From the human T2T-CHM13v2.0 reference genome, Homo sapiens: DNA of 64,000 nucleotides. Shown here piece after piece: positions 13,020 through 26,304 of this stretch. Made by a program: the position numbers and the translations under genes. The notes beneath the pieces were generated by a model. That model was given only the letters and a program-made list of their open reading frames with translations, did not search any database and was not told the origin of the DNA. How positions within the stretch are numbered: the stretch's first letter is position 1; the number at the start of each line of letters is the position of its first letter. The stretch is taken from NCBI RefSeq assembly GCF_009914755.1, contig NC_060937.1, one strand, 5' to 3'.

Positions 13020-13585
13020 CCCAGTCAATCATCAAGACCTATTGATTCTATTTCTAAATTCTAATGACTTATTTCTGACCCCTCATAGAGATCCTGTGAT
13101 CATCCAGTCCTTATTTTTCCTCTCTTTCCATCAGTTCTCCTCACACATTCGCCTCCTGTTCATTTGGTGCTGAACACCATGCTGCTTCCCGCTCTGCTCT
13201 GTTGCATCTGTTATCATTTGATGATACTATGCTATCTTCCTAGGGCACTTCTCCTTCAGTTCTCAACTCAAACATGATAACACAAATACCCCTTTCAAAT
13301 ATCCAGTCAAAGAGCAGTTACTTTCCTTTCTTTATGAAAGCACTAGCCTTTAAAGTCTTCTGTGAATATCTCTACATATGACTGCTCATTGACCTCTTGC
13401 TTATAAGTGTGGAAGTACTTATTATACTGTACAGTAATGCACTTATTATCTAATCCTATGCTTCACTAACTTCAGAGTAATGCACCTGTTACTCTATTGC
13501 TTGCTTCACTAGACCATAAGCTTCTTAAGGACAGCACTTCAAAACACGACATATCACAAGAGCTCAATAAACTGTTACGTGAATA
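13020..13585 (+). mobile_element. L2 3' fragment
   Basis: L2 3' end pattern 'ctagaccataagcttcttaaggacag...agctcaataaactgtt..gaat'. Confidence 0.65.
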
Positions 13586-14367
13586 CTCAAATTCTTGTTT
13601 TATAACTCCTGGGACAGAGTTCCTCCAAAGGTTTATAAAGAAACTAATGTTAGTGTATAATTTAAGCAGAAGGATGAAGAAATTGTGTGTAAAAAAGCTA
13701 GTTATGTTTTAATATATTGTGATTCCAATTTTTTAAATGTATTTTTATTTTGCAACCAAATATTGGTGGCCAATGGCAGTCTCAGTTACAGACAAAGCAA
13801 TTATACAGCATTAAAACTGTATCTGAGTATACACTGAAGCATGTGTACCGCCAGCAGAGAATAAATAATACTGTCACAACAAATTGCTTGAACATAGAAA
13901 CTACAGAGAGGTCGTTCAGATCACAAAACTCATTGATCTCCTTTGGCATTTCGCACAACTGGGAATAATGTGCAAGGACTTTGGTGTTGTCTATGTTCAG
14001 TGTTCTGTCTGAATTTCAAAGACAATCTTTTGGACGTGATAACAATCCTAAAGGTGTTATGTACTACTTGGTAATCAAAATGGCATTTTCATTACTATCG
14101 GTGAGCTTTTAAATATCTCCTTTGGGATTCTCCAAAGAGAATCAATTTCATTTGAACAAAACACTTTTGAGTACAGATAACATACATGAAGGCATGCCTT
14201 CAAAACATTTGTAAAAAATAATCGGTGAGAGTAGTGTCAAATAAAATCCTTAAGTTGACTATAAACACTTTAAAACCACATTTTCTTAAGGTGAGATCTT
14301 GACACAAGTTCATTTGTATCAGTCAGATTTATAATTGCCAAATATTGCAGATAGACAAAATCGTAAT

Positions 14368-14427
14368 TTAATAAATGTATATTGACATTCCTAAGTTAAT
14401 AAATGTATAATGACATGCCTAAGTTAA
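14368..14427. repeat. 28-bp tandem duplication
   Basis: ttaataaatgtatattgacattcctaag / ttaataaatgtataatgacatgcctaag (2 mismatches). Confidence 0.9.
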
Positions 14428-14589
14428 AGTATTTATGTTTATCAAGGAGAAAGCCTATATACTAAAATCTACAGCTTATAAACTTACTTTTATCTGTTTA
14501 TTAGAATATAAATTAAATCACATGTTAATATGTGTCATATCTTCTTTAGAATACCTTTAAGGAATTAAACATTGCAAATGTCATTCAAA

Positions 14590-15640
14590 CCCACATATTC
14601 CCCTCTTTAATTCTGTTTCCCTTGTTCCTTTTCCCCCAAACAATGACTGTGTGGTTTTTTTTACAGTAACCCTCAGAAGTAGTTTTAAATGATTACTAAA
14701 TGTATTTGAATCCGTAAACAACTATAAAAAGTATTGTATTTTTAAACTATTTTGGAAATTATATCAGTCTATATTCCCGTCTTTTAGTTAAACTGTTTTT
14801 GTGATATGTTCCTGTTTATACATTTGATTCTAATTTCATTTTAATAGTTACAGAGTATTCATTTTACATCTATAACTCAACTTATGTCAGCATTTTTTAT
14901 TTATGGATGAATACCTATTTGTTTCATTTTTCTAAATGTCTTCCATTAAAAAATGTTTCAGTAAATGTTATCGTACATATTTCCTCATATACGTATGCAC
15001 AGATTTTACTAAGGCACATAGATAGAAGTAGCATTGTGAAGTTCTAGACTTTGTACATTTTCAAATGTTATCTACTGTAAAATTTCTCTGTAAAATGATT
15101 GTGACAATTTGCATGTATTCTAGCAATGCAAAAAAATTCCTATTTTTGCAATATTTGTTAAGATTTTGCATTATCAATTTTTTGATGTTGCTACTAAGCA
15201 ATCAAATTGTACACCACAAAAATTTTAAACATTTTTAATTATAGAGTTTATTAAAGTACATCAAATATACATAAAAGCATACCCAGTATAATGCACAGCT
15301 TGATTTATTTTCATTAAAAACACAGAATTGTAGCCAGCATCTCAAATAGAGAACATTGCTACATTGCTTGGTCCCCAGAAGCCCCTATGTTCATCTCTCT
15401 AATCATGTCTCTTTCCAAAAGAAATGGATATTCTAACTTCTAACATCAGGTTACTTTTGCCTACTTCAGAATGATATATTATTGAAACAAAGCAATCTGT
15501 ACTTTATTTTGTCTGTGGCTTCTTTTGTTTAACATCATGGTTGTGAGTCTCTTCCATATTGTTGCACGTGGTTACATTTATTCACACTCATATTTTACTG
15601 AATGGCTAAGGGTTTATTTATATGTTATACTATGGTAGAT
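14590..15640 (-). mobile_element. Ancient L1M(E) 3' fragments
   Basis: Degenerate antisense L1 3'-end motifs ('agaagtagcattgtgaag', 'gtggcttcttttgtttaacatcatg'). Confidence 0.6.
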
Positions 15641-15644
15641 ATGT

Positions 15645-15975
15645 AAGTGATTTACTGATGCACAGCAAACACCCAAAGCTTAGTGCTTTAAAATAACACC
15701 TATTTTATTATCTTTCACAATATCTGCATACACTCACCTGAGCTGAGTCTTCTGCCTCACAGGTTGTGGACAGAGCATACCAAGAGAATGTTTTTCAAAT
15801 TAAAATTAAAAGATACTTTCTATCACCTTAAGGAAGTCTAGGATCAGAAGAAGTCTCTGAATATCACTTCTGCCACTATCTCTTTATCAAATTGTCACAG
15901 GAAGATTCCAAATCTAGGGGGATGCTCAAGAAGGGAGGAATTTGGGGTAACTAATTTTTTTAAAAATACCACAGT
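15645..15975 (-). mobile_element. Old MLT1-type LTR, probably with adjoining internal sequence downstream
   Basis: 'aaacacccaaagcttagtgctttaaaataac...tcacttctgccactat' MLT1 antisense motifs. Confidence 0.6.
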
Positions 15976-16870
15976 TCACCATGTCATCACAATAATTCAT
16001 TTTCATTTGCAAAATTACACACTCTCCTTTCCTCTCTTCCAATTATGTCCTTATTTAGAAGTTCAAAATTCCATCATTTAAATCAGGTTGAGGTATATAG
16101 ATGAACTCATTGGGTTTAGCATCTCAGGTTCATTTCCTTGAACTCACAGATACGAAGCATAATGTTGAGAAAGAAACAGAACAACTGTAACAAATATCTG
16201 CATTCAAAGGGTTGGGAGTAGGTGATACAGTATTTCATAACAATTCTAATATTCAGACGTATATTTCACCAACACTTCTGCTTCCTGATAGTGGTTTTTC
16301 TCTCTTTTGTCTCTGCCCTCTGAGTCATTCTTCCTTTTCCATGGGAATGCTCCATTTTTGCCATTGACTGTCTTTCCTGACTCCACTAATTGCCTGTGAG
16401 AAGTTAGATATTGAGAAGCCCCATTTAATTTTAATTGCCTCTGTTTCTTAGCAGATATAATTTATTCAAAAATTGTATAAATTTTAAATGCATCAAATTA
16501 TTATCTATTCAGTTTGCCAAAATCTGCACTCATTTAACTCTTCAGGATAGGCTCAGCCTTGTATAAAAAAGTGGAGATCGAAGTTTATGTGGGAAATCCC
16601 TCCAAAATTTTTACAAGATTTTATTTCTAACAAGAAGGTAAAAAAGGCGTGCCCTAAGATTCTTTTATTCTTTTTGTTTTGTTTTGACCAAAAGTATCTA
16701 TCAAGTAATGCCTTAAATCTTGATGAGATATTTAAAAAGAAAAAAAGGCCATGGCATCTTGAAACTTAGACCACTTTTTAACAGGCAGCACTCTCATTTT
16801 CATCTTTTTCTTAAAGATTCTTAAAGATACATCTAATGCATGGATGTCCATATCTGTGTATATGAATAGG

Positions 16871-16942
16871 TAGATGCATTCTCATTCCACTTTAGCCATA
16901 AAATGTTTGTGAATGTCATAAATGCATTTTGAAAATAATAAC
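16871..16942 (+). repeat. ~72-bp direct repeat, copy 1 (pairs with 17732-17802)
   Basis: First 55 bp are identical between copies (tagatgcattctcattccactttagccataaaatgtttgtgaatgtcataaatgc). Confidence 0.95.
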
Positions 16943-17159
16943 TAACATACAAATATTTTCAGCATGTGACACTACATTATGACATTACTATCTATAAATA
17001 TCTGTGAAATAAAGATAAATACCTTCATGGATTTTGATAGTCCTCAAATTTGGTTGTGTATTTTGGATGACTATTGCCACAGAAGAATAAATATGTTCCT
17101 TGCATTGTTGAAAAATTGGCTTTATTATTAAACATATCCATTCCAAAATGAAGTCATAA

Positions 17160-17680
17160 AGTGGTGAATGATTTAGAAGATTTTATTGGTAAAATCCTGA
17201 ATTTTGTAGATATAAAAACTTCCAAGATAAACCAAATATCGAGTGGTCAAGAACATAGTGAAATATTTCGGAAATGAACCAAAGTTTTCTGACTCATTGT
17301 ATAGTGAGTGCTTTATCAAACACCACATATTTTCTCCCTGCACAGGTCAGGGCCAATTCCTAGTTCATCCTCCCACCTTGGCTTTCAAAGTGTCTATTAA
17401 CCTTACATTCCCCATTCCAATCTTTATTGTTTGTAAGTCTCCCATAAATGTTACTTTGACTTTCCCTGACCTTTCTCAGGATGATATACATTCTATTGAC
17501 TGAGGTTTTCATCTTGGGTTTCAACTCGCTATGTAGACGAACAATGTAACTTTTTTGGAATTCTGTTTGGTCAGCTATAAAATGAAGATAATAAATTATT
17601 TATAATAAAAAATAAATATTTATTCCAGGGTTGTGAGGACAAAATGACGTAATATATTAGGAAATGCTCAGTAAATTATA
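17160..17680. mobile_element. Two degenerate MIR fragments in opposite orientation (~17160-17320 and ~17510-17680)
   Basis: MIR core-like 'ctataaaatgaagataata...cagggttgtgaggacaaaatga' and 'ttttgtagat...tgaaccaaagttttctgactc'. Confidence 0.55.
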
Positions 17681-17731
17681 AACAAAAACAGTTATGAGGT
17701 ATTGTGATCTTTCCTTTGTTCTGAAAAGTCA

Positions 17732-17802
17732 TAGATGCATTCTCATTCCACTTTAGCCATAAAATGTTTGTGAATGTCATAAATGCGCTTTGAAAAAATA
17801 AC
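17732..17802 (+). repeat. ~72-bp direct repeat, copy 2
   Basis: Matches 16871-16942, offset 861 bp. Confidence 0.95.
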
Positions 17803-19110
17803 AAAAACTTAATTTATTCAATGATGAAAAACATTAACAATGAAAACACTGACTTATGAGGGCTTTCTTACAAATACTACATTACCTAAAAAAACTTTTA
17901 AAATTACTTTATAGATATTTAATTCATATAAATTGAATATTACTTGTACTCACAAATGGCAACAGTGATTTCTCATCAAATCACTCAAGATCATGGCAAT
18001 GGTGCGCTCCAAATAAGCAATACTTGAATTTGTTAGTAATTCAAAGACTCTTTTTTATCAGTCTTTAATATTAAATACACAAAGGATAAAAATATGTGTT
18101 CAAAGGAACACATTCTCTGCCTGTCTTTAATAAATTAAACGAAGTTATATTTAAAATATGTAAAAAAGTAAAATAAATATATTATTTCAAGCTATACCAC
18201 TGGAACTTCGTATCTGCTAATATGTATGTCTCAAAGAAAGAGTTTGGTGATTCTAGATACATCGAAAGGAGAGAAGATAGGAGATATATTTTTAATTTTT
18301 ATAATTTATAGATGTTAAATAATTATTTATTTTAAAGTAATATATATACTTACTGAAAACCATGAAATATACAAATGTGAAATCAGATAAAATGAAAACA
18401 TAAATACAAAAGATAAAGCAAATGGAAATTGTGGAGTACAGCAATGTATGAACTTAAAATAGAATGAAATGTTTAACATGTACTCCCAAAGCAAAAGCAT
18501 CATGTAAAAAGAGACAGAGAGAAACAGAGAGAGAGAATGAGAGAAAGAGAGAAATATTAAAATATACCAATGCATTTTTACTTAATGAAGAGATAGTTAT
18601 GAAAATAACCATTGAATAGGGACCCGGGGAAGACAGCTGTAGCAGCTAAACGTGACACAGGATGATAACTAGAAAAGCAAAGAATGTCTGTAAATAAACA
18701 AGAAAAAGAAAATCAGTAGAATAAAAATGTTGTGCATGAAAACATTACAAAATTGAACAGCTAATATACGCCAGAAGAAATGGTTAGCTTCATTTGAAAT
18801 CAGAGAAATGCAAACTAAAACAATTATGTTCCACATTACGTAGGAAAATTTTAGAAAGTTGTTTCTAAAAGCATTGATGTAAATGTGAGGAAATGGCATT
18901 TTTTGCACTACTGTTTGTGTGGAAATGTATTCAAATATTCAGAAGGGCAGGGTAGTAGAGCTTAGGGTAATTAAATGTTTATGTCTTATGATGTAGCATT
19001 TTATTTATGGGACCTATGTTTTCTAGTTAGCCATGTCTCAAAATAAATAAATAAATGTCCTAGAATTTAAACACGTGAAGCAGTGACAACAGTGGAGAAT
19101 TGTGAAGGGT

Positions 19111-19660
<550 letters not shown>

Positions 19661-19784
19661 ATATAAGCAAGAATACCTATAAACATGTGCATTTTAATGT
19701 ATTTTTATTGGACTGGAAGCACTCTGCAACTTATTTTTAGTGTGAAAACATGCCGTGGATATCCATACAAATACTGTAGATAGA

Positions 19785-19936
19785 TTTTATAAAATTATTA
19801 ACCAATGTCTAGAATTAAGCAAGCAATTTTCAATTTTTGCCAAACAGCTGATTATAAAAATACTTATTTTTAATTTAAGTTACATTTCCTTTAAAATATG
19901 AGTTTAAAAATGTAAACAGCTTTTAAAAGGGCTTTT
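19785..19936 (+). repeat. 152-bp segment, presumed donor of the copy at 21206-21357
   Basis: Ungapped match, 8 mismatches in 152 bp by manual alignment. Confidence 0.95.
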
Positions 19937-19977
19937 AGTCACTTGAATTTATTATTGTGTAAAATTATCTTTAAGAA

Positions 19978-20402
19978 ATGTGTGGATTGAATAAAAAAAA
20001 GTGGTACATATACACCATAGAATATTATGCAGCCATGAAAAAGGATAAAATCATTTGCTTTGTGCAACATGGATGCAGGTGGAGGCATTACCCTCCTTCT
20101 ACAAACTAACAGGGAAACAGAAAACCAAATACTGCATAGTCTCACTTATAAGTGGGAGCTGAGCATTGGGTACACATGGACATAAAGATGGAAAGAATAG
20201 ACAATGGGGACTACTAGAGCGGGGAGAAAGGGAGGTTAGCAAGGGCTGAAAACCTGCCTATTGAATACTGTGCTCCCTATCTGAGTGATGGAATCATTTG
20301 TGCCTCAAACCTCAGCATCACACAATATAGCCATAGGACAAACCTGCACGTATATCCTCTGAGTCTAAAATAAAAGTTGAAATTGTAAACAAATACATAA
20401 AA
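19978..20402 (+). mobile_element. L1PB/old L1PA 3' end
   Basis: 'gtggtacatatacaccatagaatattatgcagcc...ctcacttataagtgggagct...aacctgcac' followed by an A-rich tail. Confidence 0.9.
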
Positions 20403-21034
20403 TACTGTAAAAACTTGGATTTTTTTTGTTTATTCATGGTGGCAATATCATTGCTAACAATGTTGACCATTTTGTGTCAATCATAACACTTTTTTTTTCC
20501 TAAATCTATCTTTTACCTGTCCTTTATAATAATTTTGTATCTGGCTGAGATATGTTGACAATTTTACATGCTTAAATACATGCTTTTGTTTTAATAGATT
20601 CTTGACATTCACTACTTACAAGAAAAGCATTCCCTACTTTCAGAATATGAACACAATGATCAATTACTTATTTTACATGTTTTTTATATTTAATTTTTTT
20701 TACATCTGGAATTTGATTTGTTTATCTCACTTTATGTACTTCCAAAACCCAGCTGTGCTAAATTTTAACAATGAACATGAAAATTGTGTTGCTTGAAAAA
20801 ACTGCCAGATATTAATGTAAATATTTAATATTTGTTATATTAATATATATTTCAAAATATAAATTCAGGATGTCTTAGTTTGCTGTTCTTTTTCATAAAT
20901 GTATTATTTTTATTTTCACTTAGTGTGTGTTTATAACAAGCAACTTGGAACCACCCATAACTATTCTTAATTTGTATTTGAAGATACATTTAATATCCAG
21001 TATAGAGGATTATTATATTATGCTATTTTGAAGC

Positions 21035-21364
21035 TTGTTAACCACACAGGGATGTGAAACTTAGAATCCCTTTCAAATAAAGACTGCACTACTAATCCAC
21101 TAGGGGTATAGGCAGATTACACTCCAGCTGTTAGATTTGTCAGGTCCTGTCTCAGTTTTTAAACCAGGTTCCCCTCTCTTGCCTGTTTTCTTTTTTATTT
21201 ATTTCTTTTATAAAATTATTAACCAATGTCTAGAATTAAGCAAGCAATTTTCACTTTTTGCCGAAGAGCTGATTATAAAAATACTTATTTTTAATTTAAG
21301 TTACATTTCCTTTAAAATATTAGTTAAAAAATTCAAACAGTTTTTAAAAGGGCTTTTCTCTTTC

Positions 21365-21397
<33 letters not shown>

Positions 21398-21990
21398 CTT
21401 TCTTTCTCTCTCTTTCTTTTTTCTTTCTTTCTTTCTTCCTCTCTTTCTTTTTCTTTTTCTTTTTCTTTTTTTTTTTTGAGACAGAGTCTCGCTCTGTTGC
21501 CCAGGCTGGAATGCAATGGCGCAATCTCGGCTCACTGCAACCTCCGCCACCCGGTTCAAGCAATTCTCCCACCTCAGTCTCCTGAGTAGCTGGGACTATA
21601 GGCATGCTCCACTATGCACAGCTAATGTTTGTATTTCTAGTAGAGACAGGGTTTCGCCATGTAGGCCAGGCTGGTCTCAAACTCCTGACCTCAGGTGATC
21701 CACTCACCTCGGCCTCCCAAAGTGCTGGGATTACAGGTGTGAGCCACCGTGCCCAGCCACCTGTTTTCTTTAAAGTGATCCAAGCAGCTCCCAGTCATTA
21801 CTAACAAGGAGGTTAAGCAAGGGCTTAGCCATGTCTGTTCAGTGAGGTACTCTTTGAAATATTTATTCTGGAGATCCCAAACACACTGGCAGAGAGTTTC
21901 TCAGTCTGATATGATCTAATGCATCCACCTGTCCAGTCCTGCTCTTTTGTCTGTTTTCATTAAAGCCGTGAGAAAGATTGCTTCTGACAA
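21035..21990 (+). mobile_element. Probable old ERVL LTR (LTR16-like) hosting the composite Alu insertion
   Basis: Weak similarity to recalled LTR16 motifs on both sides of the insertion. Confidence 0.35.
21194..21758 (-). mobile_element. AluS insertion with a composite tail: short T tract + 152-bp captured DNA + (CTTT)-rich tail + full Alu body
   Basis: TSD cctgttttcttt at 21182-21193 and 21760-21771. L1 EN-type site CTTT/AAA. Alu body ~21478-21758. Confidence 0.93.
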
Positions 21991-23028
21991 ATGCTCTTCC
22001 CTTATACTTTGCCTTTCCTCCTCAACTTCAGCATCTACTTACTTAAGAATACATTTGGCACAATTATTTATTTAAGTCTGAGATTTGGAAGGTGGGTATG
22101 TATGGTTACCGGACAGCTAAAGGAACTAAAAATGTACAGGTGTGTGCATGCGTAAGTGTGTATTACGAATAGAGAGATAAAAATCAAAGCCCCAAACTAT
22201 TTTGGTGAAAATAAAAATATTCATTGTATTTAATATCCATAGGATGAAGGGACAAACCTCTATAAAACAGGTATCAAAAGGGAAGAGGTCCTCATTCTCT
22301 ATTCCCATCCAACTCTCAACAGGCAAGGCACTAATATAGGACCTAGGTTTAGATGATTGAGTGCTTCCAGAGAGTATAAAATTCAATCTAGAGGAGATTG
22401 CACATAGAAATAAATGATGAATTAATTCAAAGTAACTAAAACAGTATTGAGAACCAGATGCAATGTGATACAGCATTCAGTGTTTCCAGCTCGACGCTTT
22501 CCACTGGTAGTGAGAGCAACATTCAACCTAGACATCTGCCTGTCCACATTTCAGACTCCTGCTCCCATGATTCCATGCATCCCCGATTTTTTTTATACAT
22601 CTTTCCTATTGTGTTTAACAGCATTAGTTTCTTTTATATGCAGGCAAGAGACCAAATTGATACAAATTGAAGCATAAAGCATATTCCCCATCATTAAGTT
22701 CAAATACTATAGTTTCCACTACTTATAAAGTAAAGTAAACAGGAATTAAACCCAAAGGCCTTAATCCTCAATCAGTTTTGTGTCCACAGTTGCTGCATTC
22801 TGAATTGTTTACCAAGAGAATTAGGCAGTTTATTGAACACCCAAAATCGGAGTTCTTAAATATCAACTCTTAACAGGCTCACACTTTATATTCCAAAGAA
22901 TTTATAGGACAATCAAATATTGCCTCACACCACAACTACAATATTTAGAAAACTCAGGAAAGAATGTCATTGTCACTAATAAATAATGTTTTCAGACCAA
23001 GGCATAGAACAATACAAAAAGATGTTAC

Positions 23029-23318
23029 TTTTTTTTGAGATGGTGTCTCACTCTGTTGCCCAGGCTGGAGTTCAGTGGCGCAACCTCGGCTTACTGCAAC
23101 CTCTGCCCCACTGAGTTCAAGTGATTCTCCTGCCTCAGCCTCCCGAGTAGCTGGGATTACAGGCACCTGCCAATGCTTCCGGCTAATTTTTGTATTTTTT
23201 AGTAGAGACGGGTTTTCACCATCTTACTTAGGCTGGTCTTGAACTCCTGACCTCATGATCCACCCACCTCGGCCTCCCCAAGTGCTGGGATTACAGGCGT
23301 GAGCCACTGCTCCCGGCC
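23029..23318 (-). mobile_element. AluS (Sg/Sc-like) with a very short poly(A)
   Basis: Full antisense Alu. TSD aaaagatgttacttttt on both sides (23017-23033, 23319-23335). Confidence 0.96.
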
Positions 23319-23576
23319 AAAAGATGTTACTTTTTAAAATTTAGTAGCAGAGACTCAGAGGCATAGGCCTATGGCATAGGCAATAGATAAAGCAAACAGG
23401 AAAGTCTAAAAAATATCAGTTTAGCCTCTAGAGTCTATGACAATTTACTAGAGACCATGATCTGGGAAATGTAATACTATTGGGAGTAGCATGTAATCAA
23501 TATGGAAAGTGTAGAAGATGACTGGATCACATTTAGCAACTTAAGACTCCTGTGAATAGCAATCTTTGCTATTTGA

Positions 23577-23616
23577 TGTGTGTGTGATGTGCGTGTGTGT
23601 GTGTGTGTTTGTGTGT
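23577..23616. repeat. Interrupted (TG)n microsatellite
   Basis: Directly visible. Confidence 0.9.
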
Positions 23617-23744
23617 AATGTGCAGTGGTAACCTCTGGCATTACTAGTAGCTCCCATATTCTCTAATCAGCATATTTAGGACTTCTAAATTTCCAGAAAT
23701 CTTAGCCTTTTGTTTCAGTCACTTCAATGCTAAACTGAGTGTGA

Positions 23745-24112
<368 letters not shown>

Positions 24113-25587
24113 CGACATATTCTTTTCTCATGCCATCATGCACAGTAAATTGCATTTGTAGACCAAGTTTCTGTTCACAGAGTGGCTTTGTAACATATCC
24201 CAAATCCTGCCTTTTACTCTGTTTTTCTTCTTTGGAGACCCGTGCATTTTTAACTATGCTACAGTATCTTTTGTATTTTTTGAGTGGAGTTTCTCAGGTA
24301 TGTAATATATTTATGATAGGGAATTTCTCCCTTGATAATCCACATTTGATTCAGCATGAGGCTTATTCTTAGTGCACTCAAAATGAAGCTGCTGTCAAAA
24401 CTGATGCCTACACAACGTGGGTTCCCAAGAATCTAGTGGGAATCACTGTTTCTGCCAAAAGCTCTTCCCTTCTACTTGGACTTTCCATAGGTTTTTACTA
24501 TTTCAGGCCTTTAGCAATCTTTGTTAATCCAGAAAGAGTAGAAAGATTTATTTCTGCCTCATATTTTTTTCTGTGGCTGTGGCACACACTTTCTGTATTC
24601 CATTTTGATCCATGTTCCTCTGCTCTTTGTAGGCAGGCATAACTAAGTTTAAAAATCTGTATTTTCATTTAAACTAGGCACATTTTCATTCTGCCTTGTT
24701 TGTTGGATTAAAATGTAGTACCTGTATTAATCATTCCTTCACATTATTTCCTGGTCTAGAGATTTTCTTTTCTCCTTTTAATTAACAATGTGTATTTCCT
24801 ATTCTATCGGCTAGGATTTAACCTATTTTTGTCCTCTGTTCTATATGTTAGTGTTTCTCCTACTTCCTATAATTCTGTAATATATTTTATGAGGGGTCTC
24901 TGAGGACCATGAAAATAAGTACATCTACATCAGTACTGTGACACCTCATAACTGATGCAATAATGCTAGAAATATTGTACATACATTTTCCTGGTATTGT
25001 CATCTTCAATTAGTCTTCCTGTTTTTTTTTCCTGTAATCATTTAGTACATCTGTTTTTAAATGTACTTATTATGGATTGTTATTATGAATTACATATCAA
25101 AAGCTTTCAGAGGGTTCTTTTCAATAATTTCCTGGAATCAAGACTGTCTCTAAGAAAATCAATCAAACTATTTTTTCCTTAGAATTATTGCCTCTCTTCT
25201 TTCAGATGAGCTCATAACCCAGTAAGAGAAAAACTCCTTTGCTTGCAGTGTCATTTTCTGAACATATAGATTAGCACTGTTGTTTTATGCAAAAATGAAA
25301 TTACTATTTAATGTATATATTTACATACGCACACAAACACACACACACATACACATACATTTAAATTTCAGAGCAATCAACTTTCCTGTCTAGACTGCTC
25401 TTACAGCTTAACATAACTAAAACATTTTTTAAAACTCATTTTCTGTTAGCAATACCTTTATTATCTCATTTGTATGCAGTCAGATCCTTAAGTTATTTAT
25501 CACTCAGTAAACATAACTTGTATTCTACACTTCTTGTATTTATTTTTTATTGTGTATGAATATGACCCAAAAAAATGTTTGAAGGAA

Positions 25588-25745
25588 GGTGCAGTGGGGT
25601 GGCTCATGCTTGTAATCCCTGTAAATTGAGAGGCTGAAGTGAGAGGATTGCTTGAATCCAGGAGTTTGAGACCAGCTTTGGCAACATAGCAAAACCTTAT
25701 CTCTCTATAAAAATAAAAACAATAAATAATAATGATAATAATAAT
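25588..25745 (+). mobile_element. FLAM (free left Alu monomer)
   Basis: Single monomer 'ggctcatgcttgtaatcc...gaggattgcttga...ggagtttgagaccagc' followed by an A-rich tail. Confidence 0.88.
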
Positions 25746-26010
25746 GTTCATAAGTTAAGCTTTATGTGAGTTTCCCCTGAGGGGTTATGCATTATTTTTA
25801 CTGGGTGCCTGAAAACAAGAGCATCCCTGGGTGAGGTTAGGCTAAACTATCTCTCTATGGCTCTAAGGATTACAAGTTATGATAAATTCTGAATTTAGAT
25901 TTATACAGGAAGGCAGTTTGTGCTAGCAGTTTGTCAAAAGATGAGGAGAATGCTTTTTTTGTTCTTTGTCCACCTAAAGCCAAGGCTGACACAAACAATT
26001 CTTTAGCTTC

Positions 26011-26126
26011 TGTCTTAGTCCATGTGGGCTGTTATAACAAAATACCATAAACTGGGTGGCTTATAAACAACAGAAATGTATTTCTCACAGTTCTGGAGGT
26101 CTACTTTTTAGTTTACAGACAGTTCC
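26011..26126 (-). mobile_element. MLT1A/B LTR fragment
   Basis: 'tgtcttagtcc...ataacaaaataccataaactgggtggcttataaacaacagaaat' MLT1 terminus. Confidence 0.85.
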
Positions 26127-26301
26127 TGGATTAATTCATTTTCATTCTGCTGATAAAAACGTACCCAAGACTAAGAGAAAAAGATGTTTAGTTGGACTTA
26201 CACTTTCACATGGCTGGGAAGACCTCAGAAGCATGGCAGGGGGCAAAGGCACTTCTTACATGGTGGCAGTAAGAGAAAAATGAGGAAGAAGCAAAAGCAA
26301 A
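26127..26301 (-). mobile_element. THE1A-like half LTR
   Basis: 'gcaaaggcacttcttacatggtggcag..agagaaaaatgaggaagaagcaaaagc'; ends abruptly. Confidence 0.85.
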
Positions 26302-26304
26302 ATA

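Noticed and set aside
16871-17802. 72-bp repeats as the LTRs or TSD of a novel 0.9-kb element
   Set aside because: There are no TG...CA ends, PBS/PPT, TIRs or poly(A), and the spacer holds ancient MIR fragments far older than the near-identical repeats.
21137-21804. Cluster of overlapping Lys/Arg/Glu-rich or Phe/Ser-rich ORFs (also 23702-23914, 60501-60874)
   Set aside because: These are translations of stop-free low-complexity tails and Alu sequence.
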